Positions 10,165-21,236 of a DNA stretch of 64,000 bases are shown here, in pieces. Position numbers and translations under genes: made by a program. The DNA is from Bacteroidales bacterium. GTDB taxonomy: Bacteria; Bacteroidota; Bacteroidia; Bacteroidales; VadinHA17. The notes below the pieces were generated by a model. It saw only the letters and a program-made list of their open reading frames with translations. It searched no databases and had not been told where the DNA came from. The DNA is taken from contig JANTHB010000001.1 of assembly GCA_024762655.1 (NCBI GenBank), forward strand, positions 20,015 to 84,014, read 5' to 3'. Every line of letters starts with the position of its first letter. Position 1 is the first letter of the stretch.

Positions 10165-10995
10165 TTATCTTTTCTGCAGAATATCTATGCCATATTTTTC
10201 AGGATCCTTGAAACGTCCTTTGTTTTTTATGAGTGAATCCAGCAGAGCATTTTGTTGTTTGTCAAGTGCATCGGCATTTTCAGCAAAGCCGTTCTGGTAG
10301 AAAATCGTAAGATTAACTTTTCCATCTTTGCCGAACATCTCCCATTTTCCATCACGGGAATTTTGTCTGTAAAAGCCGCAGACTTGTTTTTCCCCGGTGG
10401 GATAGAAAAGAATAAAAGAGCCTTCCAGTCTGTCATGTTTGTACCATGCCTGTAGCTTTGGGTTACCCCCCGGAAAGAATTGCTCCCATTTTCCCTCCCT
10501 GTGTCCTTTTGAGAACTCCAGGATCTCTGCGGTGTCTCCGTTGGCATAAAATTTAATGCTGGCCCCTTCTTTCAGTCCGTCTTTATAGTTTTCAATATAA
10601 GACAAAAAATCCTGGTAAAAAGAGTAATATTTCCAGGTGCCTGTTTTTTTCTTTTGATAATATTTCCCTTCCGCGGCTTTTTTCCCGTTCTGATAATAAA
10701 AGGTTACCTCTGCCGTGTCCTTGGCCGGTTTATAAAACAGGAGAGATTTCAGCGTTCCGTCCGGATAATATCTTTTGAAAGCTCCGAGCGGTTTATTATC
10801 TTTAAAGTAACCCCGGTAAATCAAATGACCATTTGCATCTGTTTTCTTCCAATATCCCTGTTTTTTCCCGTTTCTGTCGGTTTGATTAAAGACCGTATCG
10901 ATGGTTGTCTGTCCCTGAGCCCGAAAGTGAATTACCGGGCAAAGAAGAAACAGGGACAAGCCGATATGAAGCAGGTGGATTTTCAATATTTTCAT
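10165..10995 (-). CDS. MORN-repeat-variant / YwqK-like secreted protein
   Basis: Repeated G.W..Y..NG.....G.Y motifs. The start is moved to the internal Met (MKILKIHLLHIGLSLFLL), which gives a signal peptide; the ORF-track start at 11073 is less likely. Confidence 0.6.
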   Translation of the reverse strand: MKILKIHLLHIGLSLFLLCPVIHFRAQGQTTIDTVFNQTDRNGKKQGYWKKTDANGHLIYRGYFKDNKPLGAFKRYYPDGTLKSLLFYKPAKDTAEVTFYYQNGKKAAEGKYYQKKKTGTWKYYSFYQDFLSYIENYKDGLKEGASIKFYANGDTAEILEFSKGHREGKWEQFFPGGNPKLQAWYKHDRLEGSFILFYPTGEKQVCGFYRQNSRDGKWEMFGKDGKVNLTIFYQNGFAENADALDKQQNALLDSLIKNKGRFKDPEKYGIDILQKR

Positions 10996-11052
10996 TTTTT
11001 CAACAAGAACGGAATCATGTACTCTTTCATTTTCTCTCGGGTATAAAAATAG

Positions 11053-11084
11053 TATAAAAAAAGCTGTTCTCACAGAACAGCTTT
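11053..11084 (-). terminator. Rho-independent terminator downstream of dnaK
   Basis: Perfect 8-bp stem agctgttc/gaacagct with a 5-nt loop. On the minus strand it is followed by a T-run (the plus strand shows the matching A-run). Confidence 0.6.
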
Positions 11085-11110
11085 CTTTATATTACAATAT
11101 TTCACAGATT

Positions 11111-13030
11111 TTACTTCACTTCTTCAAAGTCAACATCCGTAACTTCGTCGTCGCTGCCTTTTGATTCGCCGCCCTGGCTGCCTTCAGGGCCGGCTGAGGC
11201 TCCTGCTTCGGCTCCTGCCCCGGCTGTCTGACCGGCTTTGTACATCTCTTCGCTGGCAGCCTGCCAGGCTGTGTTGAGTTCAGTGGTAGCACGGTCTATA
11301 GCTTCCATGTCCTCATTCTTGTGGGCAGCCTTCAGCTCTTCCAGTGCTTTCTCGATAGCTCCTTTTTTATCGGCGGGGAGTTTATCTCCGAATTCTTTCA
11401 ATTGTTTGTCAGACTGGAAAATCAAGCTGTCTGCGGCATTCAGTTTGTCTATGCGCTCTTTGGCTTTCCGGTCAGCTTCTTCGTTGGCCTTGGCTTCTTC
11501 TCTCATTTTCCGGATTTCGTCTTCTGTCAGGCCGGAAGAGGCTTCGATGCGGATTTTCTGTTCTTTTCCGGTGCCTTTGTCTTTGGCAGAGACATTCAGT
11601 ATGCCGTTGGCGTCGATATCGAAAGTCACTTCAATCTGGGGAACTCCTCTCGGTGCCGGGGGGATCCCGTCCAGATGAAAACGTCCGATTGTTTTATTGT
11701 CTTTGGCCATGGGGCGTTCTCCCTGCAGTACATGTATCTCCACCGAAGGCTGGTTGTCCGCCGCTGTAGTGAATGTTTCCGTTTTCTTGGTGGGGATGGT
11801 CGTATTCGCTTCGATGAGTTTGGTCATTACTCCACCGAGGGTTTCAATACCCAGGGACAGAGGCGTTACATCCAGCAACAGAACATCTTTCACTTCTCCG
11901 GTAAGCACACCTCCCTGGATGGCAGCCCCGACAGCCACTACTTCATCCGGATTAACCCCTTTGGAGGGAGCTTTTCCGAAAAACGACTCAACCTTTTGCT
12001 GTACGATAGGGATACGTGTAGATCCTCCTACCAGGATCACTTCGTCAACGTCGGAAGTGGTAAGCCCGGCATCTTTCAGGGCCAGCTTACAAGGCTCTAA
12101 GAACCTTGGAATGAACGGATCAATCAGTTTCTCGAACTGGGCTCTTGTCAGCGTTTTGACCAGATGCTTGGGTATTCCGTCAACCGGCATGATATACGGA
12201 AGATTAATTTCCGTAGAAGTTGAGCTGGATAATTCTATTTTTGCTTTTTCAGCAGCTTCTTTCAGGCGTTGCAGAGCCATCGGATCCCTGCGGAGGTCGA
12301 TATTTTCATCTTTTTTAAACTCATCTGCCAGCCAGTTAATAATCGCCTGATCGAAATCATCTCCCCCAAGATGGGTGTCCCCGTTGGTTGATTTGACTTC
12401 AAAAACGCCGTCCCCCAGCTCCAGAATTGAGATATCAAATGTACCGCCTCCCAGGTCAAAGACAGCTACCTTCATGTCTTTTCCCTTCTTATCCAGACCG
12501 TAAGCCAATGAGGCGGCGGTAGGTTCGTTGATGATCCTTCGAACTTTCAACCCTGCAATCTCTCCTGCTTCTTTGGTGGCCTGACGTTGAGAGTCATTGA
12601 AGTAAGCCGGGACGGTGATGACGGCTTCGGATACTTCCTGCCCCAGATAGTCTTCTGCCGTTTTTTTCATTTTCTGCAGAACCATGGCAGAGATCTCTTG
12701 CGGAGAATATAAGCGGTCATCTATCTTCACCCGTGGGGTGTTGTTTTCTCCCTTCACCACCTCATAGGAGAGACGTTTAATCTCTTCCTTTACCTGGTCG
12801 TAGGTTTCACCCATCAGACGTTTGATAGAATATACCGTACGCTTGGCATTGGTAATCGCCTGCCTTTTGGCCGGATCACCAACCTTACGTTCCCCGTTAT
12901 CAACAAATGCCACTACCGAAGGCGTCGTCCGTTTGCCTTCGCTGTTGGGTATAACAACGGGCTCATTCCCTTCCATCACAGCCACGCACGAGTTTGTAGT
13001 TCCTAAGTCGATTCCAATTATTTTACTCAT
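11111..13030 (-). CDS. dnaK: Molecular chaperone DnaK (Hsp70)
   Basis: 639 aa with the Hsp70 signatures [18 protein letters not shown] and [11 protein letters not shown]. Confidence 0.98.
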   Translation of the reverse strand: MSKIIGIDLGTTNSCVAVMEGNEPVVIPNSEGKRTTPSVVAFVDNGERKVGDPAKRQAITNAKRTVYSIKRLMGETYDQVKEEIKRLSYEVVKGENNTPRVKIDDRLYSPQEISAMVLQKMKKTAEDYLGQEVSEAVITVPAYFNDSQRQATKEAGEIAGLKVRRIINEPTAASLAYGLDKKGKDMKVAVFDLGGGTFDISILELGDGVFEVKSTNGDTHLGGDDFDQAIINWLADEFKKDENIDLRRDPMALQRLKEAAEKAKIELSSSTSTEINLPYIMPVDGIPKHLVKTLTRAQFEKLIDPFIPRFLEPCKLALKDAGLTTSDVDEVILVGGSTRIPIVQQKVESFFGKAPSKGVNPDEVVAVGAAIQGGVLTGEVKDVLLLDVTPLSLGIETLGGVMTKLIEANTTIPTKKTETFTTAADNQPSVEIHVLQGERPMAKDNKTIGRFHLDGIPPAPRGVPQIEVTFDIDANGILNVSAKDKGTGKEQKIRIEASSGLTEDEIRKMREEAKANEEADRKAKERIDKLNAADSLIFQSDKQLKEFGDKLPADKKGAIEKALEELKAAHKNEDMEAIDRATTELNTAWQAASEEMYKAGQTAGAGAEAGASAGPEGSQGGESKGSDDEVTDVDFEEVK

Positions 13031-13415
13031 AAGTTTCAGTTTTTATTTCGTTTGTATTAAATTGTTTCAAAATCATTTCGCCCTGTCGAAACAATCATTA
13101 TGCCAGTTTACATTTCTTTGGATAATCTGACATAAAAAATGAGAGAAAAATTCAAGGCTATACCCGGTAAAAATAGATAGAGCTATCTCAGGAGTGTCTT
13201 GTAAGTATCAGATAAACAATATGTAAGAGCGTATTGTAATTTTCTTGATATTTTGTTAGACCCTTCTTCCCTTTCTGAAACAGGTCTATATCCGTTCCTG
13301 TATTTATTGCTGAAGAGCTGAAGAACCGGGTGACAAAAAGGCAGACCTCTTCCTGCAGACAGGCTTTCTCCTGAAACTTAAACGGTAAAAAAACTTGTTT
13401 TTCGCAATAACTTCG

Positions 13416-13423
13416 TAGCTTTG
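13416..13423 (+). promoter_or_regulatory. Bacteroidota sigma-A -7 element (TAnnTTTG) upstream of panB
   Basis: tagctttg matches TAnnTTTG 26 nt upstream of the ATG. A cttg lies ~18 nt further upstream as a possible -33 element. Confidence 0.45.
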
Positions 13424-13448
13424 TAATAGGATTAAAATAATAAAAAAG

Positions 13449-14264
13449 ATGTCATTTTATAAACAGGTTAAGCGGGTAACTACTCATGTGTTACATGAGA
13501 TGAAGTTGCGGGGTGAAAAGATTGCCATGTTAACGGCTTACGATTATTCCTTTGCCAGGATTATTGACGAGGCGGAGATCGATGCTATTCTGGTAGGGGA
13601 TTCCGCTTCCAATGTGATGGCGGGCTTTGAGACCACGCTACCTATCACGCTGGATAATATGATCTATCATGCTGCTTCGGTGGTGCGTGCCGTTAAGCGG
13701 GCACTGGTGGTCGTGGATATGCCCTTCGGCACGTATCAGGGCAACTCCAAGGAAGCCCTGGCATCGGCCATACGGATCATGAAAGAGACGGGTGCCCATG
13801 CTGTAAAAATGGAAGGGGGTCGGGAAATTATCGAATCGGTTGAACGCATTCTCTCTGCCGGTATTCCGGTGATGGGGCATCTGGGGTTGACGCCGCAGTC
13901 GATACACAAATTCGGAACCTATGTGGTGCGGGCACGTGATGAAGAAGAAGCGAGGAAACTGAGAGAAGATGCCGTTCTGCTTGAAAAAACCGGTTGTTTT
14001 GCTGTCGTGCTGGAAAAAGTGCCTGCCACACTGGGGGCAGAGGTGGCCAAAGATCTTAAGATTCCCGTCATAGGAATCGGGGCAGGTCCGGATGTGGACG
14101 GACAAGTGCTGGTGCTGCATGACATGCTGGGAATCACACAGGAGTTCTCACCCCGTTTCCTGCGGCGTTATCACAACCTTTATGAAGAGATCAGCGGAGC
14201 CGTAAAGGCTTATATCAATGATGTGAGGACGGTTGACTTTCCCAACGAACGGGAACAATACTGA
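13449..14264 (+). CDS. panB: 3-methyl-2-oxobutanoate hydroxymethyltransferase
   Basis: 271 aa. PanB-typical MLTAYDY, LVGDS and VKMEGG blocks along the full length. Confidence 0.92.
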   Translation: MSFYKQVKRVTTHVLHEMKLRGEKIAMLTAYDYSFARIIDEAEIDAILVGDSASNVMAGFETTLPITLDNMIYHAASVVRAVKRALVVVDMPFGTYQGNSKEALASAIRIMKETGAHAVKMEGGREIIESVERILSAGIPVMGHLGLTPQSIHKFGTYVVRARDEEEARKLREDAVLLEKTGCFAVVLEKVPATLGAEVAKDLKIPVIGIGAGPDVDGQVLVLHDMLGITQEFSPRFLRRYHNLYEEISGAVKAYINDVRTVDFPNEREQY

Positions 14265-14291
14265 TCCCTGTATTCCAAATATCCTGAAAGG

Positions 14292-14978
14292 ATGACTTTT
14301 CCGCCGGTACTGTATGAGGATAATCATCTGATCGCTGTAAATAAGCGGGTGTCGGATATTGTCCAGGGGGATAAAACGGGAGACCTTTCCCTGGATAAAA
14401 TCATGAAAGCTTATCTCAAAGAAAAATACTCCAAACCCGGCAATGTGTTTCTCGGTGTGATCCACCGTCTGGACAGACCCGTAAGTGGCGTGGTTTTGTT
14501 TGCCCGTACCGGCAAGGCATTGGCCAGGATGAATGAACAGTTCAAATCACGTGAGACGAAAAAAGTATATTGGGCGATTGTTAGAAACCGTCCCCCGGAA
14601 GAAGAAGGGCATCTGGTGCATTATATGATACGAAACCGGGAGAAAAACAAATCCTATGCCTACAGCCGTGAACGAGCCGGCTCAAAAAAGGCAGAATTAA
14701 AATACAGGGTAGTCGGCAGCTCAAGCAAATACTGGTTTCTCGAGATTCGTTTAATGACAGGCAGGCATCATCAGATACGGGCTCAGTTGGCAGCGATAGG
14801 ATGCCCGGTGCGGGGAGATCTGAAGTACGGGTATCCCCGCTCAGACCCGGGTGGGGGAATCCATCTTCATGCCCGGGAGCTACATTTTAATCATCCTGTG
14901 GGAGGGAGAGAAATAAAAATAATTGCAGATCCGCCGGTGGATGAGCTATGGAGTATTTTCCTGTCCACGTGTTCCTAA
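14292..14978 (+). CDS. RluA-family RNA pseudouridine synthase
   Basis: 228 aa. Catalytic motif HRLDRPVSG and downstream GRHHQIR. Confidence 0.85.
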   Translation: MTFPPVLYEDNHLIAVNKRVSDIVQGDKTGDLSLDKIMKAYLKEKYSKPGNVFLGVIHRLDRPVSGVVLFARTGKALARMNEQFKSRETKKVYWAIVRNRPPEEEGHLVHYMIRNREKNKSYAYSRERAGSKKAELKYRVVGSSSKYWFLEIRLMTGRHHQIRAQLAAIGCPVRGDLKYGYPRSDPGGGIHLHARELHFNHPVGGREIKIIADPPVDELWSIFLSTCS

Positions 14979-15454
14979 GCCAGGTCTTTATGGTTGAAGT
15001 TACGGGGTAACAGGTCAGAGGCCGAATCCACCACGTCAACACGTTCTTTTCCGGCCATCAGAATGCGCATCGGTTTTTGAAAACGATTCTCCGACTCTAC
15101 CAGCACCTGTCGGCAGGAACCACAGGGATAGACGGGCTCTTCCATGAAGTCGCCTTTCTTAAAAGCCGTGATGGCCAGTGCCCTGACGGGGATATCCGGA
15201 TAATTGGCATTCGCATAAAATACCGCTACCCGTTCGGCACATAATCCTGACGGATACGCTGCATTTTCCTGGTTGTTAGCCTGAATAATTTCTCCGTTGT
15301 CCAACAACAATGCTGCGCCGACGCGAAATTCAGAGTAGGGAGCATATGCTTTACCTGCGGCCTCTCTGGCTTTTTCAACCAGGTTCCTGTCCGGCTCATC
15401 CAGCTCCGAAAGATGATATCCCCGGATAAGTAGGGTGATCTTTTTCTGTTCCAT
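14975..15454 (-). CDS. cdd: Cytidine deaminase
   Basis: 159 aa. Zinc-binding motifs CAERVA and PCGSCRQ. Confidence 0.88.
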   Translation of the reverse strand: MEQKKITLLIRGYHLSELDEPDRNLVEKAREAAGKAYAPYSEFRVGAALLLDNGEIIQANNQENAAYPSGLCAERVAVFYANANYPDIPVRALAITAFKKGDFMEEPVYPCGSCRQVLVESENRFQKPMRILMAGKERVDVVDSASDLLPRNFNHKDLA

Positions 15455-15532
15455 AAGTCAAGAAAAGATAAGGTACAAAATCTCTTTTCAACAAAAGTAA
15501 GATAATTAATATGAAAATTATATTTTTGAGGA

Positions 15533-16561
15533 ATGAACATCCGGGAAAACATGCTTGTTCGAATATCCCTGCGGTCAGGATCTCTTTTTTTTGGGCTTAT
15601 GGCCATCCTCCTGTTGGCCACCGCATGTGGTACCTCCCGGAAAGCCACCATAACCCATGTAAGCATGGACAGGCACCAATATATCCGCAAATATGCCGAT
15701 CTGGCGATCGAAGAGATGAACCGTACCGGTATTCCTGCCAGTATCACGATGGCTCAGGCTCTCCTCGAATCGGATGACGGAAACAGCTATCTTGCGGTAT
15801 ACGGGAACAACCATTTCGGCATAAAATGTCACAAGGACTGGAAAGGGAAAAAAATCCGATTTGACGACGATAAAAGGAATGAGTGTTTCCGGAAGTACAA
15901 TTCTGTAGAGGAATCCTACAGGGATCATTCCGATTTTATCCGTAACGGACAGCGCTATGCTTTCCTTTTCTCCCTGAACCCGAAAGATTACAAAACCTGG
16001 GCCAAAGGACTGAAAAAAGCAGGGTATGCCACCAACCCCCATTATGCCAGGATGCTTATTAAAATCATAGAAGACAATAAGTTGTATTTACTGGATGACC
16101 GGAAAACACCCCCTGTGGACGGTACTGCCGGGAGAGCGCCACGCGAAACAAAGCATAAGAAGGAAACGCAGGCGGTTTCTATGCCGGAGATGTCGGATGA
16201 GTTTGTCATCGCATCTCCTTCCCGCAAGGTCATGACCAATAACCGGATCAATTATATTATTGTTAAGCCCGGCGACACCTTTAGCTCCCTGACCCGGGAG
16301 TTACAGTTACTGCCCTGGGAGTTGTACAAATACAACGAGCTGCCCAAAGATGCGACCCTGATCCCCGGGCAGATCCTTTATCTGCAGCCGAAACGGAAAC
16401 AGGCCGAGCCCGGGAAGAAGGTGTATATCGTTAAAGGGGGGGATACCATGTATTCTATATCTCAGAAGTTCGGAATCAGGCTGAAGTCGCTGCTGGAAAT
16501 GAATGGGATGAAACAGGGGCAGGAACCGGTACCCGGGCAGAAGATAAAATTAAGGAAGTAG
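15533..16561 (+). CDS. Peptidoglycan hydrolase: glucosaminidase domain plus two LysM repeats
   Basis: 342 aa. Lipoprotein-like N-terminus (LLATAC), glucosaminidase/FlgJ-like block (AQALLESDDGNS, NNHFGIK) and two C-terminal LysM units (YIIVKPGDTFSSL; YIVKGGDTMYSIS). A TAnnTTTG match at 15521-15528 suggests the true start may be the Met at 15551. Confidence 0.8.
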   Translation: MNIRENMLVRISLRSGSLFFGLMAILLLATACGTSRKATITHVSMDRHQYIRKYADLAIEEMNRTGIPASITMAQALLESDDGNSYLAVYGNNHFGIKCHKDWKGKKIRFDDDKRNECFRKYNSVEESYRDHSDFIRNGQRYAFLFSLNPKDYKTWAKGLKKAGYATNPHYARMLIKIIEDNKLYLLDDRKTPPVDGTAGRAPRETKHKKETQAVSMPEMSDEFVIASPSRKVMTNNRINYIIVKPGDTFSSLTRELQLLPWELYKYNELPKDATLIPGQILYLQPKRKQAEPGKKVYIVKGGDTMYSISQKFGIRLKSLLEMNGMKQGQEPVPGQKIKLRK

Positions 16562-17512
16562 GTGGTATCCTTCCGTACGGACCCCTCTCAGAAAATCCTG
16601 TATATACATTCTTTTGCGTCCTTCCAGTTGCACTTCTTTCAGGGATACAAAGCCTTCCTTCACAGCAATGTCCAGAAAATTTTTTCCGTCGGTAACAAAC
16701 CCGGGTGTCGGGAGACTGTGTTTTTCAACCCTGGGGAAAGCGGAGAAAATTTTCAGGATCAATGTCCGGCCGTCGGCTGTCCGGATCCGGGTACGTGCGC
16801 CGGGGGTGGGGCTGAAGGCACGGATGCGGTTGCATATATTTCCGGAGGTTTCGTTCCAGTCGATAAGCAGATCTCCTTTCTTAATCTTCGGGGCCTTTTT
16901 CAATAACGCAGGATCCGCCACTTTCTGTTCAATCAACGCTACCTGTCCATGAATGATTCTTTCAATGGTCGTGACTGTCAACCGGGCACCGGCTTTCATG
17001 AGCTTATCCGTCAGGGTGCCTGCATTATCATCAGGCAGGATAGGCACTTTGTCCTGCAGGATAATCCTGCCCGTGTCGATTTCATGGTTTATGAAAAAAG
17101 TGGTTACCCCTGTTTCCGTTTCTCCGTTGATCAAAGCCCACTGTATCGGGGCTGCTCCGCGGTATTGCGGTAGCAGGGAAGCATGCAGATTAAAAGTGCC
17201 CAGGCGGGGATAAGCCCATACCACTTCGGGCAACATCCTGAAAGCCACCACCACCTGTAACTCCGGTTTCCACCTGTTCAGTTGTTCGAGAAAAGCGGGA
17301 TCTTTCAGTTTCAGCGGTTGGGCAACAGGAATGTTTTTACTTAGGGCATATTTTTTTACCGGGGATGGTTGAGGTTTTCTCCCCCTGCCTGCCGGTTTGT
17401 CAGGCGCCGTTACCACTCCCGTTACCGGGATCTCCCGGCGAAGGATATAATCCAGAATCCCTGCCGCAAACTCCGGCGTGCCATAAAATACAATGGAAGG
17501 GGCCGCTATCAT
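16550..17512 (-). CDS. fmt: Methionyl-tRNA formyltransferase
   Basis: 320 aa. N-terminal formyltransferase domain with NLHASLLPQYRGAAPIQWALING and an Fmt C-terminal domain. Confidence 0.92.
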   Translation of the reverse strand: MIAAPSIVFYGTPEFAAGILDYILRREIPVTGVVTAPDKPAGRGRKPQPSPVKKYALSKNIPVAQPLKLKDPAFLEQLNRWKPELQVVVAFRMLPEVVWAYPRLGTFNLHASLLPQYRGAAPIQWALINGETETGVTTFFINHEIDTGRIILQDKVPILPDDNAGTLTDKLMKAGARLTVTTIERIIHGQVALIEQKVADPALLKKAPKIKKGDLLIDWNETSGNICNRIRAFSPTPGARTRIRTADGRTLILKIFSAFPRVEKHSLPTPGFVTDGKNFLDIAVKEGFVSLKEVQLEGRKRMYIQDFLRGVRTEGYHLLP

Positions 17513-17567
17513 ACTCTCAAAAATCTTTTTTTGTAAACCCTTTTGGTCATGTGGTCACGCCTGACCC

Positions 17568-18878
17568 TTACTCGTCATCATCCGTATCTTCCGGAAATTT
17601 TTTACTATCATCCGGGTTGACCAGTTCAAGGAGATGTCCCATTTTTACTTTTTTTGTTTGCAGGTAATAAGCATTGTATTTATTGGGTTTTACCTCAATG
17701 GGAACAACTTCTACGATCTCGAGTCCATAACCTTCCAGCCCGGCTCGTTTTACCGGGTTGTTGGTCAGCAACCGGATTTTCCCCACCCCCAGATCGTGAA
17801 GGATGCTTGCCCCGATGCCGTAATCTCTTTCGTCGGCCTGGAACCCCAGTTCGATATTGGCCTGGATGGTGTCTTTCCCTTCTTCCTGCAGTTTATAAGC
17901 TTTGATTTTATTAAACAGTCCTATGCCCCTGCCTTCCTGGTTCAGATAAACAACCACTCCTTTCCCTTCCCTGTCGATCATCTCCATGGAATTGTGCAGT
18001 TGGTCGCCGCAGTCACAGCGTAACGACCCGAAGATATCTCCGGTAACACAGGAGGAGTGCATCCTGACCAGGATCGGCTCGTCGGGAGTCCAGTGCCCTT
18101 TCAGCAAGGCAACATGTTCGAGGTTATTGGATTTTTGACGAAAAGGGATCAGTCTGAATTTCCCGTAACGGGTAGGGAGTTTAACTTCCACCCCTCTTTC
18201 TATAAGACTTTCTTCACGGATACGATAGGCGATGAGGTCTTTGATAGAGATCAGCCGTACATTGAATTTTTCAGCCAGTTTCTGCAGCTGCGGCAAACGG
18301 GCCATCGTCCCGTCCGGGTTGAGGATCTCTACCAGGGCTCCTCCGGTACGCAGTCCTGCCAGACGGGTAAGGTCGACCGCTGCCTCCGTGTGACCGGCAC
18401 GCCGGAGCACTCCGTTGGATTTTGCCTTGAGCGGAAAAATATGACCTGGACGTCCCAGGTCTTCCGGACGTGTAGCCGGATCGACCAGCGCTTTGATGGT
18501 GGCAGCCCGGTCGTACGTGGAAATTCCGGTGGAGGTGTTTTCGCCGATAAAGTCCACGGAAACCGTAAACTGAGTCTCATGCAGAGCCGTATTTTTACCC
18601 ACCATCAGATCAAGCTGCAGCTGCTGGCAGCGTTCTTCTGTCAGCGCCACACAAATAAGCCCGCGCGCCTCCGTGGCCATAAAATTTACCATGTCGGGAG
18701 TGATCAGCTCGGCGGCAACAATAAAATCTCCCTCATTTTCCCGGTCTTCGTCATCTACAACGATCACAGGCTTTCCTTTTCTTATCTCTTCTATGGCAGC
18801 CGGGATGGTGTCGAAGACAATTTCCCGGTTGTTGTCTGCAGTAATCTTATTGATTTCTTTCTGTTGGTTCCCAGACAT
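17568..18878 (-). CDS. ribBA: Bifunctional 3,4-dihydroxy-2-butanone-4-phosphate synthase / GTP cyclohydrolase II
   Basis: 436 aa. DHBP-synthase half ([13 protein letters not shown]) followed by a GTP cyclohydrolase II half ([17 protein letters not shown]). Confidence 0.93.
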   Translation of the reverse strand: MSGNQQKEINKITADNNREIVFDTIPAAIEEIRKGKPVIVVDDEDRENEGDFIVAAELITPDMVNFMATEARGLICVALTEERCQQLQLDLMVGKNTALHETQFTVSVDFIGENTSTGISTYDRAATIKALVDPATRPEDLGRPGHIFPLKAKSNGVLRRAGHTEAAVDLTRLAGLRTGGALVEILNPDGTMARLPQLQKLAEKFNVRLISIKDLIAYRIREESLIERGVEVKLPTRYGKFRLIPFRQKSNNLEHVALLKGHWTPDEPILVRMHSSCVTGDIFGSLRCDCGDQLHNSMEMIDREGKGVVVYLNQEGRGIGLFNKIKAYKLQEEGKDTIQANIELGFQADERDYGIGASILHDLGVGKIRLLTNNPVKRAGLEGYGLEIVEVVPIEVKPNKYNAYYLQTKKVKMGHLLELVNPDDSKKFPEDTDDDE

Positions 18879-20019
18879 TTGTTTTGACCCCTTTCAATGC
18901 TTTTATCAAACCGGCGGCAAGTGCCAGGTTCATGGAATAAAAATGTGTAACGAACCGCAAAATTACAATTTGTTTTCCGAATATTCCTAAAATATTATCA
19001 ATGAATATCAGGATAAGAAAAAGCAAATGTATAAGAAGAAGGGCAAGATATAACGGATAATGCACAGCCAGAATGAGGTTTGCTGTCAGATTCAGCAGGA
19101 TAAGCCAGGGAACAAACCAACGGATTCCCTTATGAGACCAGAAACAAAATCCCGCAGGTTTGAAAATATTCCTGAAAAGTTTCCGGAAAGCGCGGAGATT
19201 CTGAAAATTCCCGGTAGCTATTCTGACTTTCCTGCGGAAAGCTTCTTTCAGTTTATAGGTGGTGTCCTCGAATACCCTGGCCGAAGGCTCCACAATGGCT
19301 TTATGGTTTTGTTCAAGAACTTTCATATTTATGTAGAAATCGTCCACCAGAAAGTTAGAGGGCACCGGGCTGAACAGGGTCTTACGGATTGCATAGCAGG
19401 CACCGGAAGGGCCCATGATAATGCCCCACAACAGGCCTTCTTTATATTTTATCATAATTTCCCGGCTGGTATATTTTTTTTCCTGATAAGCAATCCCCTG
19501 ATTTTTAGTCTGGGTCAATCCGGTCAGATAGGTGTCTACCAGTCCCGTTTCCGGATCTGTGAAATGCCGGGTAAGCAACCCGAGCGTGTCTTCAGCCAGG
19601 AGAACGTTGGCGTCGGTGAGCACAACGATCTCTCCGGAAGCCTCTTTCACCAGACGATTCAGTATGGAAGGTTTGCCTATCCGGTTGTCTGACCTGTAAA
19701 AGCGGAGAGAGGAATACTTGTTTTTTAATTCGAGAACGATGGCATCGGTACGGTCGGTGGAAGCATCCGACATTACCAGTACCTCCATTTTGTCCTTTGG
19801 ATAACTACCGGAATACACGCTTTCAATCTTTTTCCGGATCACGCTCTCTTCATTATATGCCGGAATGATAATGCTGATGAACGGGGAGTATGCCTCCGGG
19901 GAAGGGAATTTTTTCCGGGACCCTTTTACCCGGATGTCCAGCCACAACGGAAAAACCAGATAGGTATGCAGGATGAGCGCCAGTGTTACCCAAAAGAGGA
20001 TATGTAAAAATAACATCAC
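18847..20019 (-). CDS. Membrane-bound family 2 glycosyltransferase
   Basis: 390 aa. N-terminal TM, GT2 core ([15 protein letters not shown]) and multi-TM C-terminus. The 3' end overlaps the ribBA start by 32 nt. Confidence 0.75.
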   Translation of the reverse strand: MMLFLHILFWVTLALILHTYLVFPLWLDIRVKGSRKKFPSPEAYSPFISIIIPAYNEESVIRKKIESVYSGSYPKDKMEVLVMSDASTDRTDAIVLELKNKYSSLRFYRSDNRIGKPSILNRLVKEASGEIVVLTDANVLLAEDTLGLLTRHFTDPETGLVDTYLTGLTQTKNQGIAYQEKKYTSREIMIKYKEGLLWGIIMGPSGACYAIRKTLFSPVPSNFLVDDFYINMKVLEQNHKAIVEPSARVFEDTTYKLKEAFRRKVRIATGNFQNLRAFRKLFRNIFKPAGFCFWSHKGIRWFVPWLILLNLTANLILAVHYPLYLALLLIHLLFLILIFIDNILGIFGKQIVILRFVTHFYSMNLALAAGLIKALKGVKTNVWEPTERNQ

Positions 20020-21236
20020 AGGTTCCGGTAAAAATTATCCAGGTTACGGATGATCATTGATTTGTCAAAATGTTTCTGTAATAAAAATAAGGCATTTTCT
20101 GTTATTTTCCGGTAAAAAGCCCGGTCTTTTATTAACCTTTCCACGGCATTGGCAAATTCACGGGGATGATTGGCGATAAGAATATCATGACCATGGGTTA
20201 CAGGGATCCCGGCAGCGCCTGTACTCGTGGAAACGACAGCACGATTACGGGCCATTGCTTCCAGAATTTTAATACGTATGCCACTCCCCGCCATCAACGG
20301 AACGATAAATATGGTTCCACTCTGGAAAAAAATTTCTGTGGAGTCAATTTCTCCCGGAAAATCTATAGCATATGTTTTTCCCTCCCCTTTTTTTATTTTC
20401 TGAATTACATGCACCAGTTTTTCCTGCGGGTTACGTCCGGCTATTCTTATTTTAATCCCAGGTATTTTTTCTCTGATCACAGGCCAGATATCCGTAAGAA
20501 ACCAGATAAGTCCCCGGATGTTGGGCTGCCAGTCCAGCGACCCCAGAAACAGCAGGACGGGGGAGGCCGGCAGATCAGCCTCCTTTTTCGCAGCAGGAAT
20601 ATCCACTCCGAAAGGCACTGTCAGGATGGTGGCTTTGGAATTCCATGCCATAAACCGGATGCTGTCATCCCGGCTGATGGGCAGAATCGTTCTGAACATA
20701 CCGGCTGTAGCCCTCTCGTATTTCCTGATTTGACGGGCAAGCAAATGAAAGTATATCTTTCTGGCAGGATTTTTTTCTGTCTGCGCCATTTTCTGCCATA
20801 TCACATATTCGGCATTGTGAGGTCTGAAGACAATATGGGTGTCAGGTGTAGAGGGAAGAGCTGCTGAATAAGGGACCATCGATAATCCTTCTATCTGGAT
20901 AATGTCAAAGGAATGTTCCTTTAGAAGCCGTTGTAACTTCTTTCGGCTTTCTTCATTGATAAAGCGGCTGACCGTGTAAGGAGTAACGGAGAAAAGCAGG
21001 GATAAAACAGCAGGGAAATACCGGATTATTGTTTGTATAGATACCGGAGTGAAAGACACCTCTTTCAGGGAGGAGGGTATTCTGTCTGTGCCGGAGGCAT
21101 GTTTGGAAGTGTTCAGATAGAAAACATGTATTTCATGACCCAAAGAATTCAGACCCGTAATCATTTGTGAGGTGGCCAGAGAACTGCCGTCACGAGGAGG
21201 GTAAGGGGGCTTATTCGTCAGAAACAGTATCCTCAT
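20016..21236 (-). CDS. Family 4 (GT-B) glycosyltransferase
   Basis: 406 aa with a GT-B layout and a C-terminal nucleotide-sugar-binding region (ILEAMARNRAVVSTSTGAAGI). 4-nt overlaps with both neighbours suggest an operon. Confidence 0.7.
   Translation of the reverse strand: MRILFLTNKPPYPPRDGSSLATSQMITGLNSLGHEIHVFYLNTSKHASGTDRIPSSLKEVSFTPVSIQTIIRYFPAVLSLLFSVTPYTVSRFINEESRKKLQRLLKEHSFDIIQIEGLSMVPYSAALPSTPDTHIVFRPHNAEYVIWQKMAQTEKNPARKIYFHLLARQIRKYERATAGMFRTILPISRDDSIRFMAWNSKATILTVPFGVDIPAAKKEADLPASPVLLFLGSLDWQPNIRGLIWFLTDIWPVIREKIPGIKIRIAGRNPQEKLVHVIQKIKKGEGKTYAIDFPGEIDSTEIFFQSGTIFIVPLMAGSGIRIKILEAMARNRAVVSTSTGAAGIPVTHGHDILIANHPREFANAVERLIKDRAFYRKITENALFLLQKHFDKSMIIRNLDNFYRNL

Noticed and set aside
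11238-12350. Several 146-259-aa plus-strand ORFs inside dnaK; similar cases lie inside ribBA (18057-18887), DPP4 (35128-35820) and the Omp85-like gene (37480-38217).
   Set aside because: All are antisense or out-of-frame shadows of well-supported genes, with low-complexity translations.
13031-13448. CIRCE/HrcA operator or another heat-shock element upstream of dnaK.
   Set aside because: There is no TTAGCACTC-N9-GAGTGCTAA-like sequence. Only a weak 8-bp inverted repeat (attgtttc-N19-gaaacaat) is present, which is insufficient to call.
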